Source: a bacterium (GTDB lineage Bacteria > CLD3 > SB21). Taken from it: a DNA stretch of 56,117 nt. Below the pieces are notes generated by a model that saw only the letters and a list, made by a program, of their open reading frames with translations, searched no databases and was not told where the DNA came from. This document shows, piece by piece, positions 1 through 10,058 of this stretch. Positions within the stretch are counted from its first letter, which is position 1, and every line of letters starts with the position of its first letter. The stretch is taken from the NCBI GenBank assembly GCA_013360215.1, contig JABWCP010000021.1:1-56117 (forward strand), given 5' to 3'. Made by a program: the position numbers and the translations under genes.

Positions 1-93
1 GCTTTGGATCCATCCTTTACGGCGGCGTCCAATCAGCCCGGTATAGCGACCCTCTTGCTCAATAAGCTGGAGGCCTTGGCTAAACTCTACTGA
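1..93 (+). CDS. 3' end of an unidentified gene truncated by the window edge
   Basis: Frame 1 is open from base 1 (ALDPSFTAASNQPGIATLLLNKLEALAKLY) to TGA at 91-93, followed by a strong terminator. Confidence 0.55.
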   Translation, partial: ALDPSFTAASNQPGIATLLLNKLEALAKLY

Positions 94-119
94 TCGCTTT
101 ACACAAAACCTTTCCACTA

Positions 120-157
120 CACACAACCCCGTTGATGAGACGGGGTTGTGTGCTTTT
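120..157 (+). terminator. Rho-independent terminator
   Basis: Perfect 13-bp stem CACACAACCCCGT (120-132) / ACGGGGTTGTGTG (140-152), 7-nt loop, followed by CTTTT. Confidence 0.8.
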
Positions 158-512
158 GTCTGAGGCAAAACAGAAAGCAATCGTATGTTGCAATTGTTGC
201 TGGAATACTATGATCGCATTTTTCTACGATTCGTTTTTTAATTACGTTAGATAATAAATCATTTGCAGAGTGATAATATTGAAAAAATCAACGTGCGAAT
301 GCCAGTAACGGGCATCAATGAGTCGAAAGATTTATTGATGCAATAGTTTAAAGAGCATAAGTACATTTCTATCTTAGAATAAACAATTGGCTTAAAATAT
401 TGTTGAAAATCGGTCATAAGAGCATTTAACAAACAGATCTATGTAAATACTATACAATGATGTGTTATTAGATATTATTTGCACTATATTCATGTAATAC
501 GATAGTGACTGA

Positions 513-1175
513 GTGGATACGCAGAAAATGAAAAATAAAAAAATCACAGTTTGGGTAGTTGAAGATAATGATGCCATGCGAACTACGTATGCAGAGCTTA
601 TCAATTCGGCATCCAATATGCGGTGCATCGGAAATTTTGACGCGGCCGAAGAAGCGATCGAAGCATTGTCGGCGCAAGAACATCCGGATGTGATCATGAT
701 GGATATCGAATTGCCGGGTATCAACGGCATCGAAGCGGTACGCCGTATCAAAGAAAAGGCGCCGGCAATTAATATCATCATGCAAACGGTTTATGAAGAT
801 AATGAGAAAATTTTTCAATCCATCTGTGCAGGCGCTACGGGATATATGCTCAAACGCACGCCGGCTGAAAAGATGATCGAAAGTATCTACGAAGCACATA
901 CCGGCGGTGCTCCTATCAACGCCCAAATCGCGCGCAAAGTGCTAACCATGTTTGCTCAGGAAATGCGCCCATCCGGTGCGGATTATAATCTCACAGTTCG
1001 TGAAAAAGAAATTCTCCAGAACCTCGTATCCGGACTTACCATCAAAATGATCGCCGATAAACTTTCGATCTCGGCCATGACCGTAGGCACACACGTCAAA
1101 AAAATTTACGCCAAACTGCAAGTAAGCTCCCGCGGTGAAGTTGTAGCTAAAGCAATTCAGGAAAAATTAGTTTAA
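513..1175 (+). CDS. NarL/FixJ-family response regulator (REC + LuxR HTH)
   Basis: VVEDN, PDVIMMDIELPGINGIE, GATGYMLK receiver motifs; C-terminal LTVREKEILQNLVSGLTIKMIADKLSIS..TV.THVKKIYAKL. Start may be ATG 528. Confidence 0.95.
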   Translation: MDTQKMKNKKITVWVVEDNDAMRTTYAELINSASNMRCIGNFDAAEEAIEALSAQEHPDVIMMDIELPGINGIEAVRRIKEKAPAINIIMQTVYEDNEKIFQSICAGATGYMLKRTPAEKMIESIYEAHTGGAPINAQIARKVLTMFAQEMRPSGADYNLTVREKEILQNLVSGLTIKMIADKLSISAMTVGTHVKKIYAKLQVSSRGEVVAKAIQEKLV

Positions 1176-1188
1176 TCCGATACGCGTT

Positions 1189-1206
1189 ATCCCATGCTTA
1201 TGGGAT
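1189..1206. promoter_or_regulatory. Palindromic candidate operator ATCCCAT-N4-ATGGGAT
   Basis: Perfect 7-4-7 inverted repeat between the regulator and the lipoprotein gene, with no U-tail. Confidence 0.5.
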
Positions 1207-1255
1207 TGAAGCCTCAAGGTCTAATGACTAATTTTCATAAAAACAGGAGGCGGAC

Positions 1256-1852
1256 ATGCGTACGTTTTTAATCTTTGCTATTATATTCGCGGTTATGTTT
1301 TCATCATGTGATCCGACTGATGATAAAGAAAACTCATCGAAGATTCCTTTTAATGGTGCACGATGGGCGGATTCCGTTGTCGGAATGAGTTCAGAATATT
1401 ATCCGGCCGTAGCTTCATGGAATGCCGTCGAAGCATTGGGAGAACCTAATGTATATCCGGATTACGGTGATATTCCGTACGCATGGACTTCACAAACGCA
1501 AGACGGTCAACGTGAATATTTGGAGCTCGGTTTTTTTTCCAATCCGCAACCTGTAGCTTCTATTGCAATTTTCGAAACTTATAATCCGGGTGCGATTGAC
1601 ACACTGTATGTCATGAACCCCAATAACAATCTTTGGGAAATTGTCTGGAGTGATAGCGCACATGACCGTGGTGATTCGAGTCGAATTTTTATTGCCAGCT
1701 TTGCGAAAACCCCATTTAATGTTTCAGTAATTCGTATCGCCATTAATTCACCGAAAGTAATCAGCTGGAATGAAATTGATGCCGTCGCGATGGCGCAGGA
1801 AGAAATTCCCCCGTTCTACGACGACAGCACCGGTTTTTACAGTAAAGATTAA
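1256..1852 (+). CDS. Lipoprotein with a discoidin/galactose-binding-like domain (similar to the FBXL4 N-terminal / pappalysin-1 'scarf' domain)
   Basis: AGGAGG RBS; lipobox FSSC; motifs WADSVVGMSSEY, ALGEPNVYPDYGD, EYLELGF, IFETYNPGAI, WNEIDAV. Confidence 0.7.
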   Translation: MRTFLIFAIIFAVMFSSCDPTDDKENSSKIPFNGARWADSVVGMSSEYYPAVASWNAVEALGEPNVYPDYGDIPYAWTSQTQDGQREYLELGFFSNPQPVASIAIFETYNPGAIDTLYVMNPNNNLWEIVWSDSAHDRGDSSRIFIASFAKTPFNVSVIRIAINSPKVISWNEIDAVAMAQEEIPPFYDDSTGFYSKD

Positions 1853-3777
1853 GGTGTAGCGGGTTTGGCTTGCAAGCGACGAATAGCGTTTTCAAGCGTC
1901 GGAGTATACGAGGATTGATTTTTGAGCAATTGTGCAGCGCGTTCATATAAAGTGAGCGCGTTTTCTTTTTGATTGAGAGATTCCATTATCGCAGCTCGGG
2001 CATAAAATAAACGACCGTAATAAGTCACAAAAAAACGCGCCATGCGATCTTTGTTGATCGCCTCATCGGTAAAAATTTCGGTTCGGATATTCGTATAATC
2101 TAAAGATGTGGGACGAATCATATCCGTGCGTAAACGAATCGCGGTTAATACCGATTCTTTATAATATTTTTCAGCAATGCCTTTGGGCGGATCGTACGTG
2201 AGGTAAACAGAACGACCCGATTGCATCCAGTTATCAATCAAAGCGTTGATCATGCGCTCGTATCGCCGTTGAATATAATGGCCATCAAATTTTTCGCCGG
2301 CTTCAAACGGTTTCACGGCATCTAAAAAATCATCAATTTCTTTTTTTATCAGTTCGGTCGATTCAGGGTGGTGATCACGGAGCATCTGGATATACCAACT
2401 TCGCCGGAGTAATTCCTGATCTATCATAAAAAGATCCGGTCTTCTTTTTTCGACCTGCTGATAATAGAAAAAAGGAAAAACCAATGGATCCCAATTTCCG
2501 ATCACGAGCGCATTAGAGTCTGTGACTGAAAAGATATTTTCGGCGAAGCATTCCGTAAAACGATACTGATGCATATCGTTTCGTTTGTAGTTTTCAGGAA
2601 GATGCCACAAGCATGCTATTGCCAGCAATCCTGCTGCAATATAAGTCACTCGCGAAGGCCATTGTGCAGCCAAGGATATAATTCCTAAGACAACTAAAAC
2701 GGCGACGATCATATACGAAGGAATATAGAATACGGACACCAGCGCTTTGTTTTCAGCGCTGACTAAGGGATTGCCGGTAGTCACGTCAAAATTGGTAAGA
2801 TAGGTCGTCACCGGTGCGGTGAAAAACCAAAATACTAAAACAAATAGCAAAAGAGAACGATGACGCTTCCATAAAAAAACTAAAGCCGGAAGTACCAAGA
2901 CAAGAATCGGAGAAAACCACTGTTCGCCGAGCAGCGAAAAATATGCCTTAAGCTGAGAGATAAACTTAACTAGCGTTTGTGTTTCGTTAAGTTGGTATTG
3001 ATGGCGAGCAATAACGCGCCAAAAATTGGTCCATGTCTCGGGATTACCCCAATCCATCATCGGATTTCGTGCCGACGCTAATGGTAAATAAATAAAACAA
3101 GTAAGCCCGAGGATCATCAAACCTGTTGCGATAGCTATTCTTTTCAGGTTTAATATAAAATTACGATCTGTAATGAATGCCAACATTACGAGCGGTGGCA
3201 AAAGTACAAGTGTGGTGGTATGGTTGCTCAGGGACAGTCCCAAAACAAAACTTAAAAGATAAAAATATCGCGAGCGTTCATTGTTGCTTGTTTCGCACAA
3301 CCATAACGTGGTTAAAAGTAGGATTAACCCTGTAAAAAAAATGTGAAGACCATATACTTCGGCGATAACCGATTGCTCCCAAGCTTCAGAGGATGTCGCG
3401 GTAAGAACCGCGGTTAGCACCGAGAATAGAAATCCGAGCAATGGGTTTTTTAAAATATCGATATATGTAAGACGCAACCAAAGAAAAAATGCCCACGCAA
3501 TCAAAGCGGCACCGCTGGCAGAAAAAAAAGCAGAAGCCATATTAACGCGGTAAGCGATATGGCCAAAAGGGAGCCACGTAAAAAGATGTGAAAGTAGCGT
3601 CCAGAGTGGATAACCGGGCTGATGGGGAATACCTAGGTGTGCGGCGGCGGCGATTAGTTCGCCGCTGTCTTCAAACGTCACTGTGGGCGCTAGCGTATAT
3701 ACGTGTAGAGTCAGAAGCGCTACAAACGAAACTAAAATGGCTCCAATAAAAAAAACACTAGGGTATCGTTTTAACAT
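1849..3777 (-). CDS. DUF2723 / TMEM260-like GT-C membrane glycosyltransferase with C-terminal TPR-like helix
   Basis: TLAPTVTFEDSGEL, LGIPHQPGYPL, AEVYGLH and MDWGNPETW motifs; many TM segments. Confidence 0.88.
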   Translation of the reverse strand: MLKRYPSVFFIGAILVSFVALLTLHVYTLAPTVTFEDSGELIAAAAHLGIPHQPGYPLWTLLSHLFTWLPFGHIAYRVNMASAFFSASGAALIAWAFFLWLRLTYIDILKNPLLGFLFSVLTAVLTATSSEAWEQSVIAEVYGLHIFFTGLILLLTTLWLCETSNNERSRYFYLLSFVLGLSLSNHTTTLVLLPPLVMLAFITDRNFILNLKRIAIATGLMILGLTCFIYLPLASARNPMMDWGNPETWTNFWRVIARHQYQLNETQTLVKFISQLKAYFSLLGEQWFSPILVLVLPALVFLWKRHRSLLLFVLVFWFFTAPVTTYLTNFDVTTGNPLVSAENKALVSVFYIPSYMIVAVLVVLGIISLAAQWPSRVTYIAAGLLAIACLWHLPENYKRNDMHQYRFTECFAENIFSVTDSNALVIGNWDPLVFPFFYYQQVEKRRPDLFMIDQELLRRSWYIQMLRDHHPESTELIKKEIDDFLDAVKPFEAGEKFDGHYIQRRYERMINALIDNWMQSGRSVYLTYDPPKGIAEKYYKESVLTAIRLRTDMIRPTSLDYTNIRTEIFTDEAINKDRMARFFVTYYGRLFYARAAIMESLNQKENALTLYERAAQLLKNQSSYTPTLENAIRRLQAKPATP

Positions 3778-3873
3778 GAAAAGCCGTCATGCCCATAAAT
3801 AATGATCATTCCATCATAAGCAAAAGTCAAAAATTCATCAAGGCCAATTCGAAGCTCTTAATAGCATGTATTT

Positions 3874-6687
3874 TTAACGTTGACCAAAGTTTGGCATCCA
3901 CAAATGAATTGATATACCCATCCATATTTCGCGTCCGGGCTCATACATTGTTCCATCACGAAACCGTACCTTGTATTGACTGTATCTACGATCTCGTATG
4001 TGGGTTGGAAGTGATTGAAAATCGGATGTTGCAAGGTAGCCATTATCATTGGCTTGACCAGTGGCGGGAAAAACAGTAACCGGGTTTTTATTGTTTAGAA
4101 GGTTAGTGCATTCAATAAATATACTAAACTCAGTATTATCTAACTTAAAGGACTTTGTGAGTTTTAGATTAACTTTTCTGGACGAAGGGGCCGTTTCGGA
4201 GAGCGGATCCGAGCTTATTGATGGTGGGATGCCGGTTATATCGGATGGATTTACTTCGGTTCTTGAATACGGAAATCCGCTAGCGGAAGTATATTCAACA
4301 AACAATGTAGAATGCGACAATACCGTTGTTGGAGCCGATTGGTCGAAATGGATGATACTTTGAATATTGAAGCTAAGTGGACGTGTATGTATCAGCGGCA
4401 TAGAAACATTGCGTTGCCAACCTAACCAAACCGCGCGAAAACCCTCGGTGTCAAAACTATTGCCTTCCGCTTTTGAGTTAATAAACTGTCCAAATAGCCG
4501 TACGTCCCAAAAAAGCGTTAGTGGTATTTTAGCGCCGACGGACAATCCCTGAATAGAGAAACTTCTTTGGTTATCAATGACGATAGTTGAATGGGGTTGC
4601 GTAAGCTGTGAATTGATACTCATGCTCTTTTGTACATCGATTAAAAAGACTCGGAAATCAATTGTCCCGCCGTTATGGGTTTTCATCTGAGCGCCTGCAT
4701 CCATTGAAAAAACCTTGGGCAACTGTAGTGACGGATTGCCTAAGGTTAATGCATACGGTCCTAGGTTTATCATTTGAGCCAACAGCTCTGAATTAACATA
4801 CCAATTTTTTAATCCTGGGTTTTGACGGTACCAACCGATATGCGAACTTGCCGTTAAACGCTCGGATAGTAATGTTTGGATAGAGAAGCGTGGCATCAGG
4901 GCCGTAATCGAATTAACGTCCGCAAAATCGTTTGTGTGAATGAATCCATCACTACCTGTGGGGTTGATAGGGTTTTTAAACATTCGCGCATCGGTTTTCA
5001 ACCAAAGTGCATGTAATCCAATGGATGCATTAATATTATTTTCATGTAGATGATATTCTGCAAAAGCATTTTTTTCCACTGGTTTGCGAGCGCCATTCAT
5101 CCCTGATACTGTTTTTATCAGCTCCAGATTATCCGTTAAAGTATAACCGATCAGATCGTTTGGTTGATTTAAATAATCAATAATATTGGCATGTCGGATC
5201 TCATGAATTGTATAAGAAACCCCGCCGACCAGCAGATCATTGCGTTCCGGAATTTTAAATGAAGCTTGTGTAAAATAACGCGTTGTTTGGGTTTCTCGTT
5301 TCGAAAACAAATATGGTCCCGCGCCTATATCAAAAAACAAATTGTCATTGAAATAGGTTCGTCCGCCCGTCGTACCGGTTCCATAAGTCTGCAAATTTCG
5401 AATTGCATAATTATCGGACCGGAACAAACGTCGGTCGGCCATCCGATCTTTGTAAGAGTAGTTCCAAAAACCAGCAAGTACTTCGATTGATTTATTGCAT
5501 TTCCAAAAAGTCTGCGCTGTAAAATCACTAGAACTTGAGGTTTTTCTATATCCGCCACGTTTACTTAAAAGATATCTTGAGTCGAACAGGTTACTTTTTT
5601 GTTCGTTATATGTATGCGCAATCTTAATCGTGTAATTTTTACTAAAAAGAAGAGTTCCTTGCATATATGTATAAAGTCCGTGGTCGCTGTTGACTTCATA
5701 GTCACGTGCGCCGTTTTTGTAACCACGCCAAACGACCGTATCCTTAGGTTTGAACACGCCCTGCTGATCCCAATAGTACTCACTATTACCTTGTTTAATC
5801 TGATATTGAGGTATCCCGACGACACTGGGATCGCTATCATCGAAGGATTCACTTTCAGCGGCAGCGTACAGATAAAATAAGCCTGGGATTACCGGGCCCG
5901 AAATATCTGCATCAAAGCTACGTTTACCGTAACTTGAGAATCCGATTTTTTCAGAAAAAGCATCCGTCATGCCTGACGTTGAAAGCGACCATCGGTCAGT
6001 ACCTTCTTTGGTTTGAATGTCAATCTGGTGATTATACATCCCAATAGAGGTATTCGTTCCGCCTTCATGTATAGTAACAGATCGTATGGCGCGATGCGGT
6101 ATGCGCAAATGCGGAAGTCCATCCGTAATATCTGAGATGAGATTTCCGTTAACCGAATAACCTGTCGCATAATCAAAATCAGACCGAACATGATAACGCC
6201 GTGTTCTTTCACTTTTACCATTGCTCGTGGATACTGCAGCGGGTAAATGGAGAAGATAATTTTCAACATGCTTTCCTGTCATTACGCTCTGTTGTTTGCT
6301 ACTTATTGTCTGTATGCCGTATCCATCGAAAGACACATGACTGTAATTGGTCGAATAAATACCGTAACCATTACGTTCAGTTTTTAAGAGTTTTATGTGG
6401 ATGCTTAGAGTTTCGTGCCGTCTAGCAAAAACATCAGGTAATGCCCCTATCGAAGTTTTATGATGAGACAATTGGATATCGTAAACACCATCAGTTTGAA
6501 TGGAAATGGAAACATAACCGTTTCCATCCGTTCTTAATGTTTGATGGGTGATGTTCGTTTGAATATCGATGTCCGCTATGGGAGCATTATTAATATCAAC
6601 CACGGTTATTTGAATTTCGCCTGCATTGATAGAAAATGCATAAAGCATAAATGCGAATGCATACGCACGGTAGATTCTATATTGCAT
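3874..6687 (-). CDS. TonB-dependent receptor-like outer-membrane protein
   Basis: Signal peptide, N-terminal carboxypeptidase-regulatory-like domain, plug (HVRSD...YSVNG..ISD), C-terminal IECTNLLNNKN...YEPGREIWMGISI. Confidence 0.8.
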   Translation of the reverse strand: MQYRIYRAYAFAFMLYAFSINAGEIQITVVDINNAPIADIDIQTNITHQTLRTDGNGYVSISIQTDGVYDIQLSHHKTSIGALPDVFARRHETLSIHIKLLKTERNGYGIYSTNYSHVSFDGYGIQTISSKQQSVMTGKHVENYLLHLPAAVSTSNGKSERTRRYHVRSDFDYATGYSVNGNLISDITDGLPHLRIPHRAIRSVTIHEGGTNTSIGMYNHQIDIQTKEGTDRWSLSTSGMTDAFSEKIGFSSYGKRSFDADISGPVIPGLFYLYAAAESESFDDSDPSVVGIPQYQIKQGNSEYYWDQQGVFKPKDTVVWRGYKNGARDYEVNSDHGLYTYMQGTLLFSKNYTIKIAHTYNEQKSNLFDSRYLLSKRGGYRKTSSSSDFTAQTFWKCNKSIEVLAGFWNYSYKDRMADRRLFRSDNYAIRNLQTYGTGTTGGRTYFNDNLFFDIGAGPYLFSKRETQTTRYFTQASFKIPERNDLLVGGVSYTIHEIRHANIIDYLNQPNDLIGYTLTDNLELIKTVSGMNGARKPVEKNAFAEYHLHENNINASIGLHALWLKTDARMFKNPINPTGSDGFIHTNDFADVNSITALMPRFSIQTLLSERLTASSHIGWYRQNPGLKNWYVNSELLAQMINLGPYALTLGNPSLQLPKVFSMDAGAQMKTHNGGTIDFRVFLIDVQKSMSINSQLTQPHSTIVIDNQRSFSIQGLSVGAKIPLTLFWDVRLFGQFINSKAEGNSFDTEGFRAVWLGWQRNVSMPLIHTRPLSFNIQSIIHFDQSAPTTVLSHSTLFVEYTSASGFPYSRTEVNPSDITGIPPSISSDPLSETAPSSRKVNLKLTKSFKLDNTEFSIFIECTNLLNNKNPVTVFPATGQANDNGYLATSDFQSLPTHIRDRRYSQYKVRFRDGTMYEPGREIWMGISIHLWMPNFGQR

Positions 6688-6813
6688 GTTCCCCCCTAAA
6701 AAAAGTAATTTTATATACAGTAGTACGGTAAAATCATAAAAAATTACAAAATTATTTTTTAATAAATCACTATGTATTTCAAAAGAGAAGCTTTTCTATC
6801 GTATGCCAATCTA

Positions 6814-9666
6814 CTAATAAGTCACCTCAAGTCCGATCAATAACTCCCGCCCCGGTTCATACATCAGACCATTTCGAAAATGTGCCTTATACTGAGGGCG
6901 GCGGCGATTTTGTTGATCACTGGAATAAGAGTAGAATTCCGTAGTTTGTAGAAATCCGTTATCATCCGGCTTTCCAGTAGCGGTGAAAACAGATACGGGG
7001 TTTTGGGTATTAAATAAGTTCGTACATTCTAAGAAAATAATTGCTTGGAACTTTCTATAGTGAAACGATTTACCAAGTTTAAGATCTATGGTAAACATAT
7101 CATCGGATCGTCGGCTATTTTGCTTTGCCGTAGAATGGCTTGATGGTATTCCTAGTACGACAATGGGGGCCACGGTAGTTGGTGTATATAACGCGCCGTC
7201 CTTCTTAGTTACACGGAGACTTCCATAACTGTGTTTTAACCACCAAACGGGAGCGGTATCGTCAAAATGAATCGTACCCATCCCACCCATGTGCCATTCC
7301 TTTTCGTGATTGGCAGATTGTTTTAGTTTTGCAGGGCTTGAAGGGCTTGAAAAACCCAGCCAAGCTGCGCGAAATCCCCCTGCGTTATAAAAATAACTCT
7401 CTTCCGCTTCCTGCACTCCGGAGTAACCGATCAACGTGATATGATCTTGCACTTCGAGCGAGGCATCTAAAATAAATCCTGTTGTATTAAAGTTTGAAAC
7501 GGCTCCATACATCATTAAACTGTTCGGAAATGAAACAATACTGCTTTGATTGATTCGGTCCTTTGTTTTTTGTCGGTACCAACTACCGCCGACATTGAAA
7601 TCGGAGTTTATCTGCATACGCCCGCCGATATCAAACGTTCCAACTTTTGAGGGTTGAAGCGTTGAGTTACCTAGGATTGTTGCAAACGGAGGAGCAAGAG
7701 ATTGGCGTTCCAAAAAAGACGTACTATGATAGCGGTACTTGATCTGGTCTGCAAAGTAATACCATCCATAATGACTGAAAACAACTATACCTTCTGACAC
7801 ATCGGCAGTGATACCGATCCGTGGTAATATTTTATAATACGTGGATTCTGTTTTTTTATAATCATCATCAGTGATAATTTGATCATGGCCTGCAGGATAG
7901 TGGTAATCTTTGATTTGATCTGTTCCAAATTGTATTCGGCGGTAGGCAAAGCCAAACGAAGCCGTTAGCTTGTGATTTTTAAACGTGGCTTCCGAATACG
8001 CATCCCAAATGACGGGTTGCTTTGCGCCATCTTTTCCGCTATTTTTTTCTTTGAGATCAAAGTTTGTCGTAACAGTATATCCATAAATGTCATTAGCCCC
8101 ATTTATGGGATTTTCATAATCGTAGATCATGGCGGAGCGATATGTTCCCGCTGTTCGACTAATTCCTGATTCTATGCTCAGCGACTCCGTTGCCCGGTAA
8201 TTAGCTGTGATAGATTCGGTATGGACTGTAGACTCGTTTTGCTCAAACATGGCATGCCCGGTGGCGCCGATATCGTAAAAAAGGTTGTCGTTAAAATAAA
8301 TACGATGCCCGGTACTGCCAATTATCAAATTCTCTATATTATTTAAAGCGTAGGATGTTGACTTAAAAAGTCGTCGGTCCGCGTTTTTTTTATGGGTTGA
8401 TATATACTGCGTTTTACCACTAACTTGCCACTGTTCGTTAATATGCCATGTTGCAGATGATTGTATTGCAAACGCCGTATTTTCTGTTCGTGGCGCTCCT
8501 TCGGGTGAAAGCAATTGAGGCATGGTAAACCAATTACGTGCATAGTGTGAATACAATCCCGATACATCAAAGATAATATTCCGAGTTAGCGGCACCGTAA
8601 AACGGGTGTACGCATTGATCGTCTTGCGTGCATTACTGCGCCCTGGACGCGGTCCGTATTGGGAAGATTTCCAAATGACGGTGTCTTTACCTCCTGACCC
8701 ATGCTTGATCTTGTAATCTGGAACGCCAACAACACTCGGGTCATTGTCGTCGGTGTTTTCATATTCTGCCGCGCTGTAGAAATAAAGTTTTTTTGGTATA
8801 ATAGCGCCTGAAATTTCACCGTCGAACTGACGGTATCCATAGGAAGTGCCGCCCAACCAAGCTACCGGTTTATCCGAACGAAAAGAACCTCCAAAAGTTA
8901 ATCGATCCGAACCTTGTTTGGTTTGAATGTCGGCAACCTGAGAAAAATTACCTGAACGGATGTCGGCGGCCCCTTCTTGGAGAAGTACGGACATAATGGC
9001 GCGGTGCGGAACTTGGAGATGTTTTTGTCCGTCAAAAAGATCGTTTATCCATTGGCCGTTGACTCTGAATCCTAAAGCCTCATCAATATTAGAACGGACA
9101 TGAATATAATCGCGGTAGGTCTGAAGAGGATTAACCACATTTATGCGAGCAGCTATTTCCGTGCTTTCAAAGTCTTCGCGCGGTGTACGACTGGTATAAA
9201 TTGCACCCGGCATATTGAGTAGAAAACCTTCCGCATGACGACCGGTGAGTTTGTTTTGAGATCGTGATGTTTGCAATCGTACGGTATAAGGAAAGGCGTT
9301 TTGTACGGTCGACGAAAGCTGCATAGTTTGCGATGCCAGCGAAGCTTGCGTTTCGTCCAAGACGATTTCGATAGACGTTGCCGGATATCGGCCAACAAAA
9401 ACTTCAAAAGGTTCGTCAACGGTCAGAGTTTCCGTTGTGATCTTGAGTTCATATACACCTGTCGGCAACAAATAAAAATGAACTACGCCTTCCTCATTGC
9501 TTTGACTGGCATACGGCGTTTGAAGAAGTTCGATCAGCGCGTGACGGAAAGGATCACCTTGGGGGGTTCGCAGGTGGACGATCAATTCTCCAAAGTCCCC
9601 GGCGAAGGCCGCCGATGAAAAAACAGCACTGAAAAATGCTGCACGAAGAAAATGTAATAATGACAT
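6814..9666 (-). CDS. TonB-dependent receptor-like outer-membrane protein (paralogue of 3874..6687)
   Basis: Signal peptide from ATG 9666; plug HVRSN..FRVNG; C-terminus LECTNLFNTQNP..YEPGRELLIGLEVTY ends in an aromatic residue. Confidence 0.85.
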   Translation of the reverse strand: MSLLHFLRAAFFSAVFSSAAFAGDFGELIVHLRTPQGDPFRHALIELLQTPYASQSNEEGVVHFYLLPTGVYELKITTETLTVDEPFEVFVGRYPATSIEIVLDETQASLASQTMQLSSTVQNAFPYTVRLQTSRSQNKLTGRHAEGFLLNMPGAIYTSRTPREDFESTEIAARINVVNPLQTYRDYIHVRSNIDEALGFRVNGQWINDLFDGQKHLQVPHRAIMSVLLQEGAADIRSGNFSQVADIQTKQGSDRLTFGGSFRSDKPVAWLGGTSYGYRQFDGEISGAIIPKKLYFYSAAEYENTDDNDPSVVGVPDYKIKHGSGGKDTVIWKSSQYGPRPGRSNARKTINAYTRFTVPLTRNIIFDVSGLYSHYARNWFTMPQLLSPEGAPRTENTAFAIQSSATWHINEQWQVSGKTQYISTHKKNADRRLFKSTSYALNNIENLIIGSTGHRIYFNDNLFYDIGATGHAMFEQNESTVHTESITANYRATESLSIESGISRTAGTYRSAMIYDYENPINGANDIYGYTVTTNFDLKEKNSGKDGAKQPVIWDAYSEATFKNHKLTASFGFAYRRIQFGTDQIKDYHYPAGHDQIITDDDYKKTESTYYKILPRIGITADVSEGIVVFSHYGWYYFADQIKYRYHSTSFLERQSLAPPFATILGNSTLQPSKVGTFDIGGRMQINSDFNVGGSWYRQKTKDRINQSSIVSFPNSLMMYGAVSNFNTTGFILDASLEVQDHITLIGYSGVQEAEESYFYNAGGFRAAWLGFSSPSSPAKLKQSANHEKEWHMGGMGTIHFDDTAPVWWLKHSYGSLRVTKKDGALYTPTTVAPIVVLGIPSSHSTAKQNSRRSDDMFTIDLKLGKSFHYRKFQAIIFLECTNLFNTQNPVSVFTATGKPDDNGFLQTTEFYSYSSDQQNRRRPQYKAHFRNGLMYEPGRELLIGLEVTY

Positions 9667-9962
9667 GGATTTTCCCTCAGATAAAGTCAAAAACAGAATG
9701 AGATTTGATAAAAGCATGGTAAGGTTAATTTAGGTATGATTTAAAAACAAGAGTAAAGACGGGTCACTTTGAAAAAAACGACATGCGTTATCAAATAGCT
9801 GTATCTCAAAATACAATAAGCGCGTTATTTCAATGCAACTCAAAAGTTTAGTATAGAGCGAGTTTAGAGGATTGTTTGAACTCTTTTCAGTCTTGGCGAT
9901 GTTGTGAAACTAGACTGAAGGTAAGAGATGAAAAAGTGAAAAAATTTTTTTATAAATATTCT

Positions 9963-9991
9963 TTGACAATCACAGGCTACTATTCTATCTT
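9963..9991 (+). promoter_or_regulatory. Primary-sigma promoter of ctaB
   Basis: TTGACA - 17 nt - TATCTT, about 70 nt upstream of ATG 10059. Confidence 0.65.
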
Positions 9992-10058
9992 AGCCGCCAT
10001 TCGGAAATTATGGATTAATAACTGTTTAATTCCACATTTAGAGAAAGTTCGCCACGGG

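Noticed and set aside
392..926. Minus-strand ORFs of 129 and 152 aa opposite the regulator
   Set aside because: Antisense shadows of a well-supported gene; no motifs
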